DNA of 64,000 nt from Cystobasidiomycetes sp. EMM_F5 (lineage: Eukaryota). The position numbers and the translations under genes are program-made. The notes under the pieces were generated by a model. The model was not told where the DNA came from and made no database searches. It worked only from the letters and a program-made list of their open reading frames with translations. Location of the stretch: positions 248,001 through 312,000 of the forward strand of contig JBPGPT010000019.1 of NCBI GenBank assembly GCA_051047955.1, read 5' to 3'. Below are positions 36,926-49,281 of the stretch, piece by piece. How positions within the stretch are numbered: the stretch's first letter is position 1; every line of letters starts with the position of its first letter.

Positions 36926-39086
36926 CTACTCCTCGCCAACATCACCAAGCGCATTGACGACGCTCAGCCTGTTTCTTCCTCCAGCCAACTGTCTTCCCGG
37001 CTGTCCGTTGCCCGCTTGCGAGTACTGCGAAGGCTGTCTATATGGCCCATCTCCACCTTGCGAGTTCATCGTTCCGGATCCATCAAACCCGTATTCCGGC
37101 ATGTTGCCGACTTGATAGTTGTTTGCGGCGTATGAAGCGATTGATCCCGTTCGTCCCAGTCCGGCGGCAGCTACACCTGCTCCTGCTGCTCCTGCACCCG
37201 CCGCTGCACCGGCACCAGCAGTAGGATGATAGCCGTCCATTCCTCCTGCACCTTCGTATCCAGCTGGACCGCCATACGCCGGCTGAGCATTATTGTAGTA
37301 ATTATGCTGCTGTCCAACAGGATCGTACTGATAATTCGGGTACTGTCCGTTATGCGAGTATGCAGATTGAGGCGGTGAACGCTCTGGAGAGTATTGTGCA
37401 TTTCCAGCATGGCCGTCTGAAGAGTGTGCGCCCGCTGCTCCGTAGTAGGCTGCCATTCCTCCATAGGCACCTGCGCCTGCTGAACCCGCCGCCGAGGAGA
37501 GGAAGGAAGGGTCACGTTCAGACATGACCCTTCCGTTTCCTGCACCTGCGCCTGCACCAGCAGCAAGAGCACCAGCGCCAAGGCCAGCAGCAGCCAATCC
37601 TTTTCCACCACCGTACCCATTCTCTCCCGTCGCTCCTCCGTCATCGAACAGCTCATCGTCATCCATATCGAACCGGTTCTGTCCTGTAGGATGCGTAGGG
37701 TTCGGGTAGAGACCCGCTGCAGTCCCGCCTGAACCCGTTGCGTCTCCCAATTCCGGCCACTTGAAATCATCAGACACCCGATTCTTTCTCCGTCGATAGA
37801 AGAATAGGCCAGCGAGAGCCAAGAGGATCAATGCACCCCCTCCGCCGACACCTGCTCCGATTCCAATCTTTGCAGAGTTGGATAGTCCACTGCTCGATCC
37901 CGTCGTCCCGCCTCCGCTATTGTCTGAGGAGGTGGTGATGGTGATGGGCTGTGTGGTAGTAATTGTCACGCCGGACTATAAACAAACGGATAAGTCAATG
38001 TCGTGTCGGACGAGTGCAAAATCGTCTACTGACTGTCGTGTATACTACGGTAGTGGACTGGGATATAGTAGTGAGAGAGGCACCTGTAGCAGAAAAGACA
38101 GTCATTGTCAGAAACGAGATAAGTAGGCAGTAAAAAATATGCATGAAAGAGTGTCGAGGAGCGGAGAGCGAGAGGAAAGGATGCATCGGCAAAGATGAGA
38201 AATAATGAGCATGTTGATATAATGAGAGGGAAGCAGAGAGGGTGAATCGGGCAGAGAATGAACGCTACGATCGCCTGCTTGCGCATCCTCCGGAGCGGCA
38301 TTACTAAAAGTATGCATGGAAGAGTGTCGTGGAGAGGACAGCACAGGGGGGTTTATGCCTCGGGAAAGTGTTGAAGACCGATGAATGTACGGGATATACC
38401 GGAGAGGGAAGAAGAGTGGATGAAGGGGTATAAAGAATGAAAGACACGACCCTGATTGCGGAGCGCACTCAAAGGAGCGCTTGTTATCGAAAAAGACGGC
38501 GTGCAAAAAAGACGGCGTGCAAAAGAGACTAGAAGAAATGAAATGCGACTGCGTGGACATTGACGTACTACTTTGCGATGTAGTACTGCTATCTGTTGTG
38601 GAGGACGGGGGTGTGGAGGAGGAGTCTGTCGAGGTAGACGCAGACGTACTGGATGTGGCTGGGGACGTTAGACGGGACATTAGACGGAGCGAGTAATGAA
38701 TACGCCGTCAGCATGCCAATTGCAGCAGGATACCAATACCCGCTCACTGCTCGACGTTGAACTACTTCTAGACGACGTCGAAGTGGTCGAAGTTGACGAG
38801 GTTGACGAGGTTGACGATGTGCTTGTCGTCGAAGTGGACGAAGTAGTGCTACTTGTCGTAGTGCTGCTGCTCGGAGTACTCGTCGTCGTCGTCGTCGTGC
38901 TCGTCGTTGCCGGCCTCGTTGTCGTCGGCGAGATGGACAGGCTCCCGGGAAGAGTTGGGGTGACTAGGGTTGCCCTAGAGTGACAGGAGCAGGGTAATAG
39001 TAGAGTATCAGCACCTGAATGGACGTATAATACTCCTCCCCGCTGGCCATATGCCCGATATGTCCAGTGCCCTCATTCAATGCCAT
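36926..39086 (-). CDS. Ser/Thr-rich single-pass membrane protein (Mid2/Skg6-like architecture); start approximate
   Basis: Long TTSS-rich ectodomain exons, TM SNSAKIGIGAGVGGGGALILLALAGLFFY followed by RRRK, Gly/Tyr-rich cytoplasmic tail; 485-nt intron 38084-38568. Confidence 0.8.
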
Positions 39087-39574
39087 TGCCGGATTTGACC
39101 TGTGCTCACATTCTGACGAGTCACCCAATGTTGCGAGTATTGATTGTATATGTATGTGTGTGTATGTGATTATAATGTCGCTCCTCTTGTCTGATGTCGT
39201 TCAAAATGAAAAGACTGCCCTTCTTTGTGCCAACTTTTGACGGAGTCCTCGCAGTGGCGGTGACCGGGCAGTGCATGAGAACATATCACTACAGAGCAGG
39301 GAGAGTGAGAGGGCAGCATATGGCACTAGACGGGCAGGTTGTGCTGGAATATGGGCAATTCGATGGGTATATACTGAGACTGATATATACTAACACTGAT
39401 GTATACCCTGACACACACTAATGCTCTCATAATCCCCGCTTCACACCTCCTACCCACGACATAGCTGACAAGAATCACCTGACAACAAGCAACCTCCCAC
39501 GCGCAGTGCATTGTACTCTCGATGTTCGCACGGGGCATGCATGACAAACTGGACGGTGGGAGTGTCTGAAAAGG

Positions 39575-39580
39575 TATAAA
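39575..39580 (+). promoter_or_regulatory. TATA box upstream of array gene A
   Basis: TATAAA followed by a CT-rich tract, about 160 nt before ATG 39737. Confidence 0.55.
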
Positions 39581-39736
39581 GAGGTGTCGAGATGTTCATC
39601 CTCTCGTCTCTTTTGCACTCGCGCATCACTCGAGCCTCCCGCATCACTCAAGCCTCCCTCCCATCTACACTTTCGCATTGCTCTAAGACTCTCTTAAAAA
39701 GCAATCCACCTCACTGCCTCGGCACATTCCCCTCAA

Positions 39737-41314
39737 ATGTCTTCACCTGGAAATCGTGGCCGTGGTAACCGTAACCGTGGTCCGAATCACAGGGGTCCCA
39801 AGAATAAGAGACGAGTCATCCCTCGTGTTCCACAAGATGATCTGCTTCCGACAATCTTTGGAGGTCAACACGGTAGGATCCACATAGGCCATTTTCACCT
39901 TGGTAACGGCAGCAACAATGGTAACGGCAGCAACAATACTGCTTCCACACCCACTGTCGACATTGGTCCTCACAACGGTAAGTTTGATACTCTGCGCTTC
40001 CAGACGGCGGGTAAGAAACGTGGCTGACCTCGGATGCGCACTCATGTATGGTACCCTTTATCATCAAAGGACGGACACCCTACGGTGGCGGACGAACGCC
40101 TTACGGTGGCGGAGGACGACGAGACTCCTCTTCGAGCTCGTCTTCAGATGGCAGCGACAGCGGCAGTGTTATGTCGAGAGGAAGTATTCCGCCGCGTAGA
40201 GGATCGTTTGCTTCAATGGCCGGCCAAGGGCCTCGTGCTGGGCAGCGGCCTCAAGGGCAGCAGCATCAAGGGCAGCAACAGAGTGGGGTTCCTCCAGTGA
40301 TGATACATGCTCGGGAACTCAACATCGGTTATGAGTCACGGCCCGGATTGGCAGGCCCAGCACAACAACCACCAGCTCCGCAGCAGCCTCAGTCGAGAGC
40401 ACAAACTCCGGCAGCAAGAAATGGCAACCCAGGCCGTCCGAACCGTACTAGAAGTGCAGTACCGGCAGACGGGCAAGCCCTTGAATTTGCTAATCTCGCG
40501 CAGCAACTTTTGCAACAGGGGGGTAGAGGTACACTAATATATGCACCTAACTCCAATATGACACCTGGCCAGCCTGCAGGCGATTCGAGCGCTTCACAGC
40601 AGCAGCAGCAGCAGCGAAGAGCTGCGCAGCCTGCCCCAAGTCCTCGAAGCGCCGCCTCTGCAGTAGGACATGGAAACTCACGCACGAATGCTCCGTTCCA
40701 AGCTTCAGTCGAGCCTGCTGCTGCCAGCACGCCATCAAGGCTGGGAACCCCTTTGCCCGCCGCAAAAAATGTGCCTGTACTGCAATCGCGCAGCCAGACA
40801 CCACACATTTCGCGAGAGCCATCTCTGGACCGGCAGCAAGCGTCATTGGCGCACCCACAACCGCAACGACCGTCGTCACAATTGCTTAGGAGTGATAATG
40901 CGACAGCGGAACAACTTCTGCGTTCTTCCGGTGCTCCTCACGCATCTGGCCCGCCTTCACGTTACGTTACCTCTGCTTCAGGCTCTCGTACCACGCCGCA
41001 ACTCGTCACGGTGTCTGGTCCTTCCGTAAATTCACGGGTAGGTCAACAAGCAGGCTCCCGCCGCGGCTCCGCGTCATCAGACGTCAGCAACAGAAGTGGC
41101 AGTAAAAGTGAGTTTGTTAACATGTCAAAGCAAAAAGCAAGTGTGCTGATTTTGGTTTGACAATACTACCTGCATTCAGCTCCATTAAGTAAGTCAGCGA
41201 TACCCGTCTTGCCGTTAACCACACCTGATAAGTTTCCTATTAGCTATGGCAGAGACGGCCGCCAAAGTAGCCTTGACCAGGTCCCTGACCGGTTCTAGAT
41301 CATCCCAACGCTGA
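39737..41314 (+). CDS. Orphan disordered protein, tandem-array gene A
   Basis: Exon 1 with RG-rich start and RIHIGHFHLGNGSNN motif, long Q/S/P-rich exon, 9-nt micro-exon 41180-41188, last exon MAETAAKVALTRSLTGSRSSQR*. Confidence 0.75.
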
Positions 41315-41369
41315 AGACAAATCGTTCCCCACTCCAAAAAGACGAAGATTTGTACTCGTCGCCACTCAA

Positions 41370-41760
41370 AACGAAGCGTCCCAAAGTGCGCATAGAAGGT
41401 CTCCACACATCAACCTCATCCTGTTTTACATCGCTAACCCAAAAAAAAATAAGGCAACAAACATGCGCCGTTATTCTCTGTAGACTACTTCTTGTTGTAT
41501 ACTAGTCTTTATCAAAGCTGATGTCCATTTAGCGTCGGTCTCTTCCAGATTTGTCTGATCTTGACCATCAAACAACATGGCACACAGATAACTGGCCTTT
41601 GTTTCGCTCGAACACTCGCAACACGAACTATGTAATGCGGGCAGTGGTCACATCTGTCGTCTGGAGGTTGCGTAAAATATGTCCTGACGACCTGCAGCAG
41701 AATGCACTGCGTCGCAGCGACTTTAAGCTATCGCGGTAGCCAGTCAGACCAGTCACTGGA
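41370..41760 (+). repeat. Duplicated downstream/intergenic block, copy A (core 41459-41508)
   Basis: Aligns by eye with 43735-44055 (GAAGGTCTCCACAC, CATCGCTAACCCAAAA, AAACATGCGCCG, CTGTAGACTACTTCTTGTTGTATACTAGTC, AGCCAGTCAGACCA). Confidence 0.9.
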
Positions 41761-42199
41761 GAAGGTCTAGAAGATGCAGAAGACTTTGCTGAGGGTTTGG
41801 ATAGACTGACTGAGTGACAGAGGGCAGAAATGTGTTGCACTGACGATGGTACTAACGTATGTCTACTGACATATTGATACTCGCTGATGCTGACACAAGA
41901 CGTTCACTCTCTCTTCTCTCATGGACTCTCCATCGTCCTCTGCCCCTCTCCCGCTCTCCCGCCCTATCGCCATCTCACCACATCGTCCCCGCACATGTGT
42001 ACAGCCTGCCGCTGCGCTGCAACCTACCAGGCACCGCGACAACAGTACTTACAGTGCACGGTGGACAGCGCACTTGCGTGTAGGCAGTGCTTACGCTCAC
42101 ACGCTGGCGTACAAGTGCGGATGTGCAGCTTGACAACTCCCTCTCGCTCTTTCATCACCCTCGTCTCGCTCTTTGCCACCCATACCGCTCTCATCCACC

Positions 42200-43631
42200 A
42201 TGGCTGCCCTTCAATTGACTAGTACTCTCGCATATGGCCCTCCTGGACCGAGAAACACAAGTTTGTACAAGGGCAACGTTTATATAAATGCATACAACGT
42301 CAATATCGGTTCAATCCACTATGGACCAGGCTCCAATAACGGGTATAGCCGCCCTACCATCTTCGAGAGTTCTGAAAGCCAAGATGGTAAGTAACAGCAT
42401 CACGGCAGACTTGGTGCACCGAGATGTTAAAATGTATATACGGACGGTTTAAAGATTTTAACAACGACGAACGCAACAGGAGGGAGGCTGTACCTCCAGC
42501 GCAAGTATCGGGTAGATCTGGCTCACGCAGATCGTCGCAGTCCGCCAGATCTCGTGATGGAGCGCCTGTATCTACTTCTGTGGCTCCAGCTCCCAGAATT
42601 TACGCTACCGGACCTGCGCGTAGACAGACTTCAGGTCCAGTACTAAACCACCCTTCGACTCAAGGGCTCCCTCGCGTTCCGGCACGCTCACAAGGTCCGA
42701 TTATCAGCACTGGCCTGGTGCAGCCGGTCGGTCGAGGCATTACGGACAGTGAGTGCGGTGTGGCTCAGCTGAAAGCGTCTAAATCTGACGAGGATGACTC
42801 TTCATGAAATGTAGGCACTCACTCACCTGGAAGAGCAACATCTATTTATGGTGCAGCTGCTGCGTGGGATGCAAACAACGCTGGTAGCCAGTTGATGCCG
42901 CGTCCAAACACCCAACGAACAGCTACAGGTCCGGAGACTATGATTGCCAACGATGTCAGCGCCCCCTATGCTGCTCCGCAAAGGCGGTCATCATCTCGAG
43001 GCAGTCGACGGCCAAGCTCATCTGCTGTCAGCCCAAACACAACATCTGTCCCGCTTCCGACGACAGTTGAAACGGTTCCAAACACGCCTGTCGATCCAAG
43101 GTCGACATCGCGCCGTACAACGCCGATCAGCATGAGACCCGCACTCACGTTGCAGACGGGTGACTTGCCCAGGGATTATTCGCTGACGGATCGTATGGAC
43201 AGCACACCATCTGGACCTCTCGCGAGTAACGGCGTGGCCCTTGATCGTGTGTACGGCTACGAGCCCCAACTGCCTCAATCAACTGTATCTTCAGGGCGAA
43301 ATTCTATTGCTTCACAAGCAGCATATCATGCCAATACGATACGTCGTGGCAGCACCCGCAGCAATAGTAAGCCGTCGTCTTTCAGCCTAACGCACATGCG
43401 TGCAATGATCTAACGAGAGCGTCTCCATCAGTGTCAAATACGTCCGCAACTACTACGCCTCATACTGTCGTCGCTAGAGGCTCAACAAGTCAGCTACCAT
43501 ATTCAATTAGCAGACTCTACGCCAACTCCATTGCTGACTGTTTCTGTACAGATGCTGCATCCGCCGCCGCTGCTGCTGCTATGCGTCGGGCTTCTGTGTC
43601 GAGAATGGCATCGCCAAATATGCAGAATTGA
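42200..43631 (+). CDS. Orphan disordered protein, tandem-array gene B
   Basis: Exon 1 VYINAYNVNIGSIHYGPGSNNG; S/R/P-rich exons separated by GT-AG introns; last exon DAASAAAAAAMRRASVSRMASPNMQN*. Confidence 0.75.
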
Positions 43632-43734
43632 CGGCCTTTAGCGATCCATGGGAAACGGCTCATGTCGATAGTGACAGCCAGGCAAGACGCTCAGCACCCT
43701 GCTACACCAGCTTGGTGATTCTTGCCCATTCAAG

Positions 43735-44055
43735 ACGAAGCGTTCCGATGTGCGCCTAGAAGGTCTCCACACCTCAACATCATACTGTTTTGCATCGCTA
43801 ACCCAAAAAACAAGGCAAGAAACATGCGCCGCTACTTTCTGTAGACTACTTCTTGTTGTATACTAGTCCTTGTCAATGCTTACGTCCTTTTCGCGTCGGT
43901 CTCTCCAGATTAGTAGTCTGACCTTGACCACTAACAACGTCGCCTGCGGATGCACGGCGCTGGTTCCGCTCGAACACTTGCAATAAGAACCATGCAACAG
44001 ATGCGGGCACTGTTCCAGGCTATCGCGAAAGCCAGTCAGACCAACCACTGCGAGC
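43735..44055 (+). repeat. Duplicated downstream/intergenic block, copy B (core 43820-43868)
   Basis: Near-identical segments shared with 41370-41760. Confidence 0.9.
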
Positions 44056-44335
44056 AGCTCAAGGCTGTCACATCCGCAAGGACAGCTCGCGCACACTGAC
44101 GAGCCTGACGCTGCCCTCGTTCTGCTGACTTCTCACGCAAAGTGACCGCTGACTGCTGACCCGCTGACGCTTTCCCAGAGACAGCTGTGCAGATGCCTGT
44201 CGAGGCGGAGCAGACTGCAGACGTCGAGTAGACTATTTAATGCGCACTTGTGCCTTCATCTCCTCTTCTGCTCTCCAGTCCTCCAGCTACAGACTCCTCC
44301 TCCACCTGTCACATCCCCGTCACTAGGGCACCACC

Positions 44336-45917
44336 ATGGAAGACGTAAACCGAGAGACTGGAATGTATATTCGAAGTGATCTTCTAAAATCCAAACAGCG
44401 CCGCCCATCACTCGGACGAAAAGCATCGAGTGACTCGCTGTCGATTTGGGGGGGCCCTAGTGCAGCGTCAGCCAGCAATGTCTTACGAATCACCGGTGGC
44501 AATAATTACTTCAATGGTTTACACATCGGCGGTGGAACAAATTCATCTAGAGCGACGATATACGGCACCTGGAGAGAAGGTCGGTTTTTGTCATCGAGAA
44601 GAAGACGCTCAAGCGTGAAGGGCTGATGACATGTTTCACTCTCTTCAGATGGAAGACGTCCCTCCTTTGATGGGCCGGCACCATTTGGACCACCAGGATC
44701 ACAAGCAGGGATGAGAAGGACATCTGCATCTGATTCTAATCGTGCAGGATCAATTGCTCCAGTAAACAGGCGGACATCCATCCCAGATGCTAATTCAGGA
44801 GGTCCAGTAGGATCAGCCCCGCAAATGGACGGGCAGCCAAACAATCAGTCTGGCTATCAGCGACCGCCAATGCAACAACAGCCTGGTCTGCCCCGCCAAC
44901 CCGGTTACAATCCTCCTGCCCTGGTCCCAGCAGGAGAGATCCGCTGGCTGCCAAATGGGGAGGAATTGGAAGGAATATTCGGAGGTACCGGCAGTGACGG
45001 CGGACGGCAAGGCAGGTCAAGAAGTGGGGGCAAGAGCAAGAAACAACCGAAAGCTCAAAAGAAGGTGTCTACCACACCTCTGGCGAATCCGCGGCAAGCC
45101 AGTCCCGGCGCTCAAGGTAATCAGGCAGCTCCAACGCAGCCGCAGCGTCGTACTTCGTCTACAGCGTCAGCAGCTATGCCGCCTCTTCGAACTACAATGC
45201 AGTCAGAACCTACCTCGCCGGCAGTCGTCAACCCCGGCGCCATTGACCAGCGAGTCCTCCTGGAGGCTGCTTCCCGGCGGTCGTCTGTATCGGTGGGACC
45301 TCGTACATCTGTCAGCAACTTGCGCCAGAGTCCGCCCAAGATCAACACTACCGTCAACTATGGCGCTCCCGCGAACCCAGCACATCGGTGGGGGTCAGTT
45401 GACTCATCTCCAGGCTCAATTAGCAATATGGGTGAGCTCAGTTGGCATTACAGTAATTGACGAAACATGCCGAATGTTTATGCAATACATTTCTCGCACA
45501 ACAGCACCGTCGCAAATCCCAAGCAGACGGAACTCGGGTCAGACCATGGTGGCAGCCATCGCTGCTCAGACCGCCTTGCCAGCATCTGGTCGCGGCTCTA
45601 ATGCATCCTCCGGCCGTAACAGCATCGGTAAGCTGTCTTCTACTGTCAGTATAGACTCGCCAAGGTGACTTAAGCCCTTGTTTTACAGTCTCGGGGAAAT
45701 CAAATTACCAGTCTGCTGGATCAACTCGGTCTTCTGTCAATGGCAGCGTTCCCAGTAAGCCTTGTCTCCTTCACATCGTTCGTGTGCCTTCGCTTACATT
45801 TTATCGATTCTATTTGGTAACTTCGCAGACGCTGCTCAAAGTGCTGCAAGGGCTGCTTTCACCAGTGCTGAACAAAGCCGCAGGAACTCTGTGGCCTCCA
45901 ACACCTCTGGACGTTGA
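44336..45917 (+). CDS. Orphan disordered protein, tandem-array gene C
   Basis: TATTTAA at 44234; exon 1 NVLRITGGNNYFNGLHIGGGTNS; last exon DAAQSAARAAFTSAEQSRRNSVASNTSGR*. Confidence 0.75.
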
Positions 45918-46082
45918 GTGGACAACTCGGCGGAATGCCGTAAACCACAGCAAAAAGAGAACGAAGTGGTCTCCACCCATCTGATCTTACCCATTTTCAT
46001 TCAGTAGAAAAAAGTGCAGCAAACATGCACAACCACTCTTCATTAGACTATTCCTGTTGTAACATCAGCCTTGTTGACTTGG
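45850..46082 (+). repeat. Duplicated last exon + 3' block, copy C (core 46021-46062)
   Basis: Aligns with 48535-48766 (CAAAGCCGCAGGAACTCTGTGGCC, CCAACACCTCTGGACGTTGAGTGGACAA, AAAAGTGCAGCAAACATGC, GCCTTGTTGACTTG). Confidence 0.9.
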
Positions 46083-46388
46083 TCGTACTCATTCCATGTA
46101 ACTATTCTCTATATTTCCTCCAACGATAGATTGCCGTTCCCTATTCTCGTCCTGACCAACATGGCATCCACCCTTCAACAGGCGACTGGCCATGTGCATA
46201 TGCAAGTCTGCAGCATCGCCATGGCAAGGATCCCATTACAACAAGTCATGTTGCACGCACTGCGAACAGTACACTGAGCCAGATCGACTGCGGTAGACGA
46301 CTACGTATATCTCAAGGAAGACTAACGCAGCCCTGCTAATCTCTCGATATGCCCATTGAAGACTCTCCAGCGGAGGTGAAGTGGACTG

Positions 46389-46418
46389 AGCCTGACTGCC
46401 TGACTGCCTGACTGCCTG
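46389..46418 (+). repeat. Short tandem repeat (GCCTGACT)x3+
   Basis: gcctgactgcctgactgcctgactgcctg read directly. Confidence 0.9.
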
Positions 46419-46843
46419 CGTATGTATAGGCTAGCCTGTTGTCTGCGGAGCGCTTTGAGGACATGCCCTAGGTTACCTCTTCAGCACATCAGCGCACGCT
46501 GACTCTAACGCTGACTCTGACACTCACGCTGACGATCTGCTTTGACTGCTGCTTTCGCGAGTAACTGACACCCCCACTACAGAACAATCGAAATGACAAT
46601 GCACATCGGGAGTGCAAAGTTGCGGCAGTGTTGGAGTACCCAGGTCAGGTCAGAGAAGGCACTGCTGACGAACTCCAGCACAGGACAGACGGGCACCACA
46701 AAGACAGCGAGGGTGGCGAGGTTTCCAGACTATAAATGCGACTTCTCCGCAGAAAAGTCCTCTCTACCTTCTTGCGTCTCTTCATTCCCAGTCCTCATCA
46801 CTTCGCTCTACATCTCGTCTGTTCGGATCCCTGTCAGCTAAGC

Positions 46844-48602
46844 ATGCAAACGGGCGGCCCCTTCACCATCTCCGCAACGCTGGTGCCAGCCGCTGTGGTC
46901 CAGCCAGGTCCACCACCACCGCCAAGTCGTCCTCCGTCTCGTTCTAATCAAATTCCGCCCCCACCTCCACCTGGATCTCAAGGACAGGGTCAAATGCCAG
47001 ATGTACTGCGTCTTTCGAGACGAGACTCGCACAACAGTTTGTCCGATCGCTCATCGACTCCGCAGACACCTGTGCTCGGCTACGATCACGGGAACCGCTT
47101 CTGCGTCTCTGGGAACGGGAACGTTCTCAACATTGCAAGCCTGAACATCGGCAACGGACCGAATCATTCTTCCACAACACTGCCTGGTTTCCTGCCCGGT
47201 GGCCATGGCGGTGAGCTTATTGAATGAGCTTATTACATGGTCAATGCCAGTTCTTACGCTGACGTGTAGGTTTATTTTCGCTGAATGATCCGGCTGGCAT
47301 AGGAAAAACTGGTCGACGAGGGTACGGCGGACGTAACCGTCGACGACCATCATCGTCTACTGCATCGCAATACTCGGATACCCATCAAACTCCGAGAGGT
47401 GGTGGCCTGTATCAGCAGCAGCGGTGGCCGACTGGTACACTGCAACAGTTGCCTGTTCAATCACAGGCGCCACAAATTCCACAGCTGCAAGATCGACGGC
47501 AAATTTCCACTGTGCCGGACGGTCGGCCCACAAGTGGCCAAAACACATCTCGTGTCGTCGTTCCGGGTAAACAATATCAGGGGCCCAGCGTTCAGCGATT
47601 GGGACATTTGCCCCCTATTGACACTTCACAGCAGCGCCGATCCACTCAAACTGCACCACCCACTGCGCCGCCGCAGGGTCAACCTAGTACTACAGGACGG
47701 GACCGTTCGGGTTTTCCACAGGCCACCAGCAATCCCAATGGTCCTCCCACACACCGTGTACCGATCTCAGGCGGCGAGGGCAATGAGATGCCTCGTAAAC
47801 CGCAATCTCAACAGCCTACAGTCGAGTCCGTAGACAGTACGCCAGTCATCCCAAATCGTGGCACCGTGAACCAAAAAAGGACGGTGCAGAGTGTCTCTCA
47901 GTCACCGCAAGTCACGTCAACAACTCCGCTGGAGCCGCGCGGAACGTCCTCACAGGCTCTTTATGGTTCTCCTGGGCGCGCCAGTCAGAGTCCAGCCCAG
48001 ATCAGAACTAGCTCCCAGACTAGGCCACTCGGGCTCCAGTTGTCTGAACAGTCACCGAAGACTGGTACTGGGTCGAGAGTGGCAAGCCGAACTTCGTCAG
48101 TTGCCACGTCTCGGCGCACACAAATTCTCAGCACGGGTAAGCTCATTTGAACACAATGGTTGACGAAACATACCGAATGATCATGCAACTCTTTTCCTTG
48201 CGCAACAGCACCGCCGCAAGTTACAGGCAGACGCGGCTCCGGTCAGGGCTCGGAGGTGGGAGCGTCCGCTGCTGATATTGCGTTGCCGCCATCGCGTCGC
48301 CACTCAAATTCCTCCGCTGGCGGCATCAAAATTAGTGAGCTGTCATCAACCGCCAAAATAAATTGTCTCGGAGGCTTATGCATATTGGTCAGCAGCTCCT
48401 CACGGGTCAATTGAGTCTGCTCACGGTAGCGTACCTGGTAAGCCTTTTCTCCATAGATTCGTACCGTTAGATTTCCCTGAGATTTTATCGATTCTATTGG
48501 ATAAACGTCGCAGGCGCTGCTGCAATCGCTGCAAAGGCTGCTTGGACCGGGGCTGCACAAAGCCGCAGGAACTCTGTGGCCACCAACACCTCTGGACGTT
48601 GA
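46844..48602 (+). CDS. Orphan disordered protein, tandem-array gene D
   Basis: TATAAA at 46731; exon 1 Pro-rich then FCVSGNGNVLNIASLNIGNGPNHS; last exon GAAAIAAKAAWTGAAQSRRNSVATNTSGR*. Confidence 0.75.
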
Positions 48603-48766
48603 GTGGACAAGTGGCGGAATGCGTGAACCACACCCAAAAGAGAACGAAGCGTTCTCGGCCCTTCTGATGTTGGTACCAATTTCATCAACAGATAAAAGTG
48701 CAGCAAACATGCGCAAACACTCTCTGTAGACTGCTTCTTGTTGTATATCGGCCTTGTTGACTTGCG
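48535..48766 (+). repeat. Duplicated last exon + 3' block, copy D (core 48705-48747)
   Basis: Aligns with 45850-46082; core also matches copies A and B. Confidence 0.9.
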
Positions 48767-49281
48767 TTGTATCTTTATTACGTGTTGCGCTTCTCATGGC
48801 ATTCATCTCCGCAATTGCACTTGTGTCTGCGATCCCCCAACGTGCACACGGAGACTGTTTCGATGTGTAAAGGCGGACTAGTCATCATCAGGATTCCGCG
48901 CTCACCGGTACGACTGCGGGCAATTCGATTCGACTGGACTGTTGCAGTAATCCTCATCGCCAATCTTGTCGCTGACCTACCAAGATTAAGGAAACTTGAG
49001 GAGAGCAGGAATTTCGAGCCTACTGACAGACTGATGAGCCTCTGTACGGCTCGCTGCCGTCAGCCACGCAGCAAATGGGTGACCACCCTGGTCTACGCCC
49101 CGCACCGCCAGGACGTAGCTAAACATCGATAGGCAGTGAACAGTGCAGCCTACAAAAGCCACATTCTCCAGTCCGGAACACTTTGTCTTTGCTATGAACT
49201 GCTGCAAACAGCTTCATTCCATTCCTGCTCACTTGGACTCGCATTGCACAACCTCACAAACAGTCTAAACCCTCCTCAAAA

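Noticed and set aside
38696..38983. Val-rich + strand ORF resembling a membrane protein
   Set aside because: Antisense shadow of the Thr/Ser repeat exon of the - strand gene
48243..48806. 187-aa antisense ORF spanning the conserved 3' element of gene D
   Set aside because: The equivalent frame has stops or frameshifts in copies A, B and C, so the conservation is not explained by antisense coding
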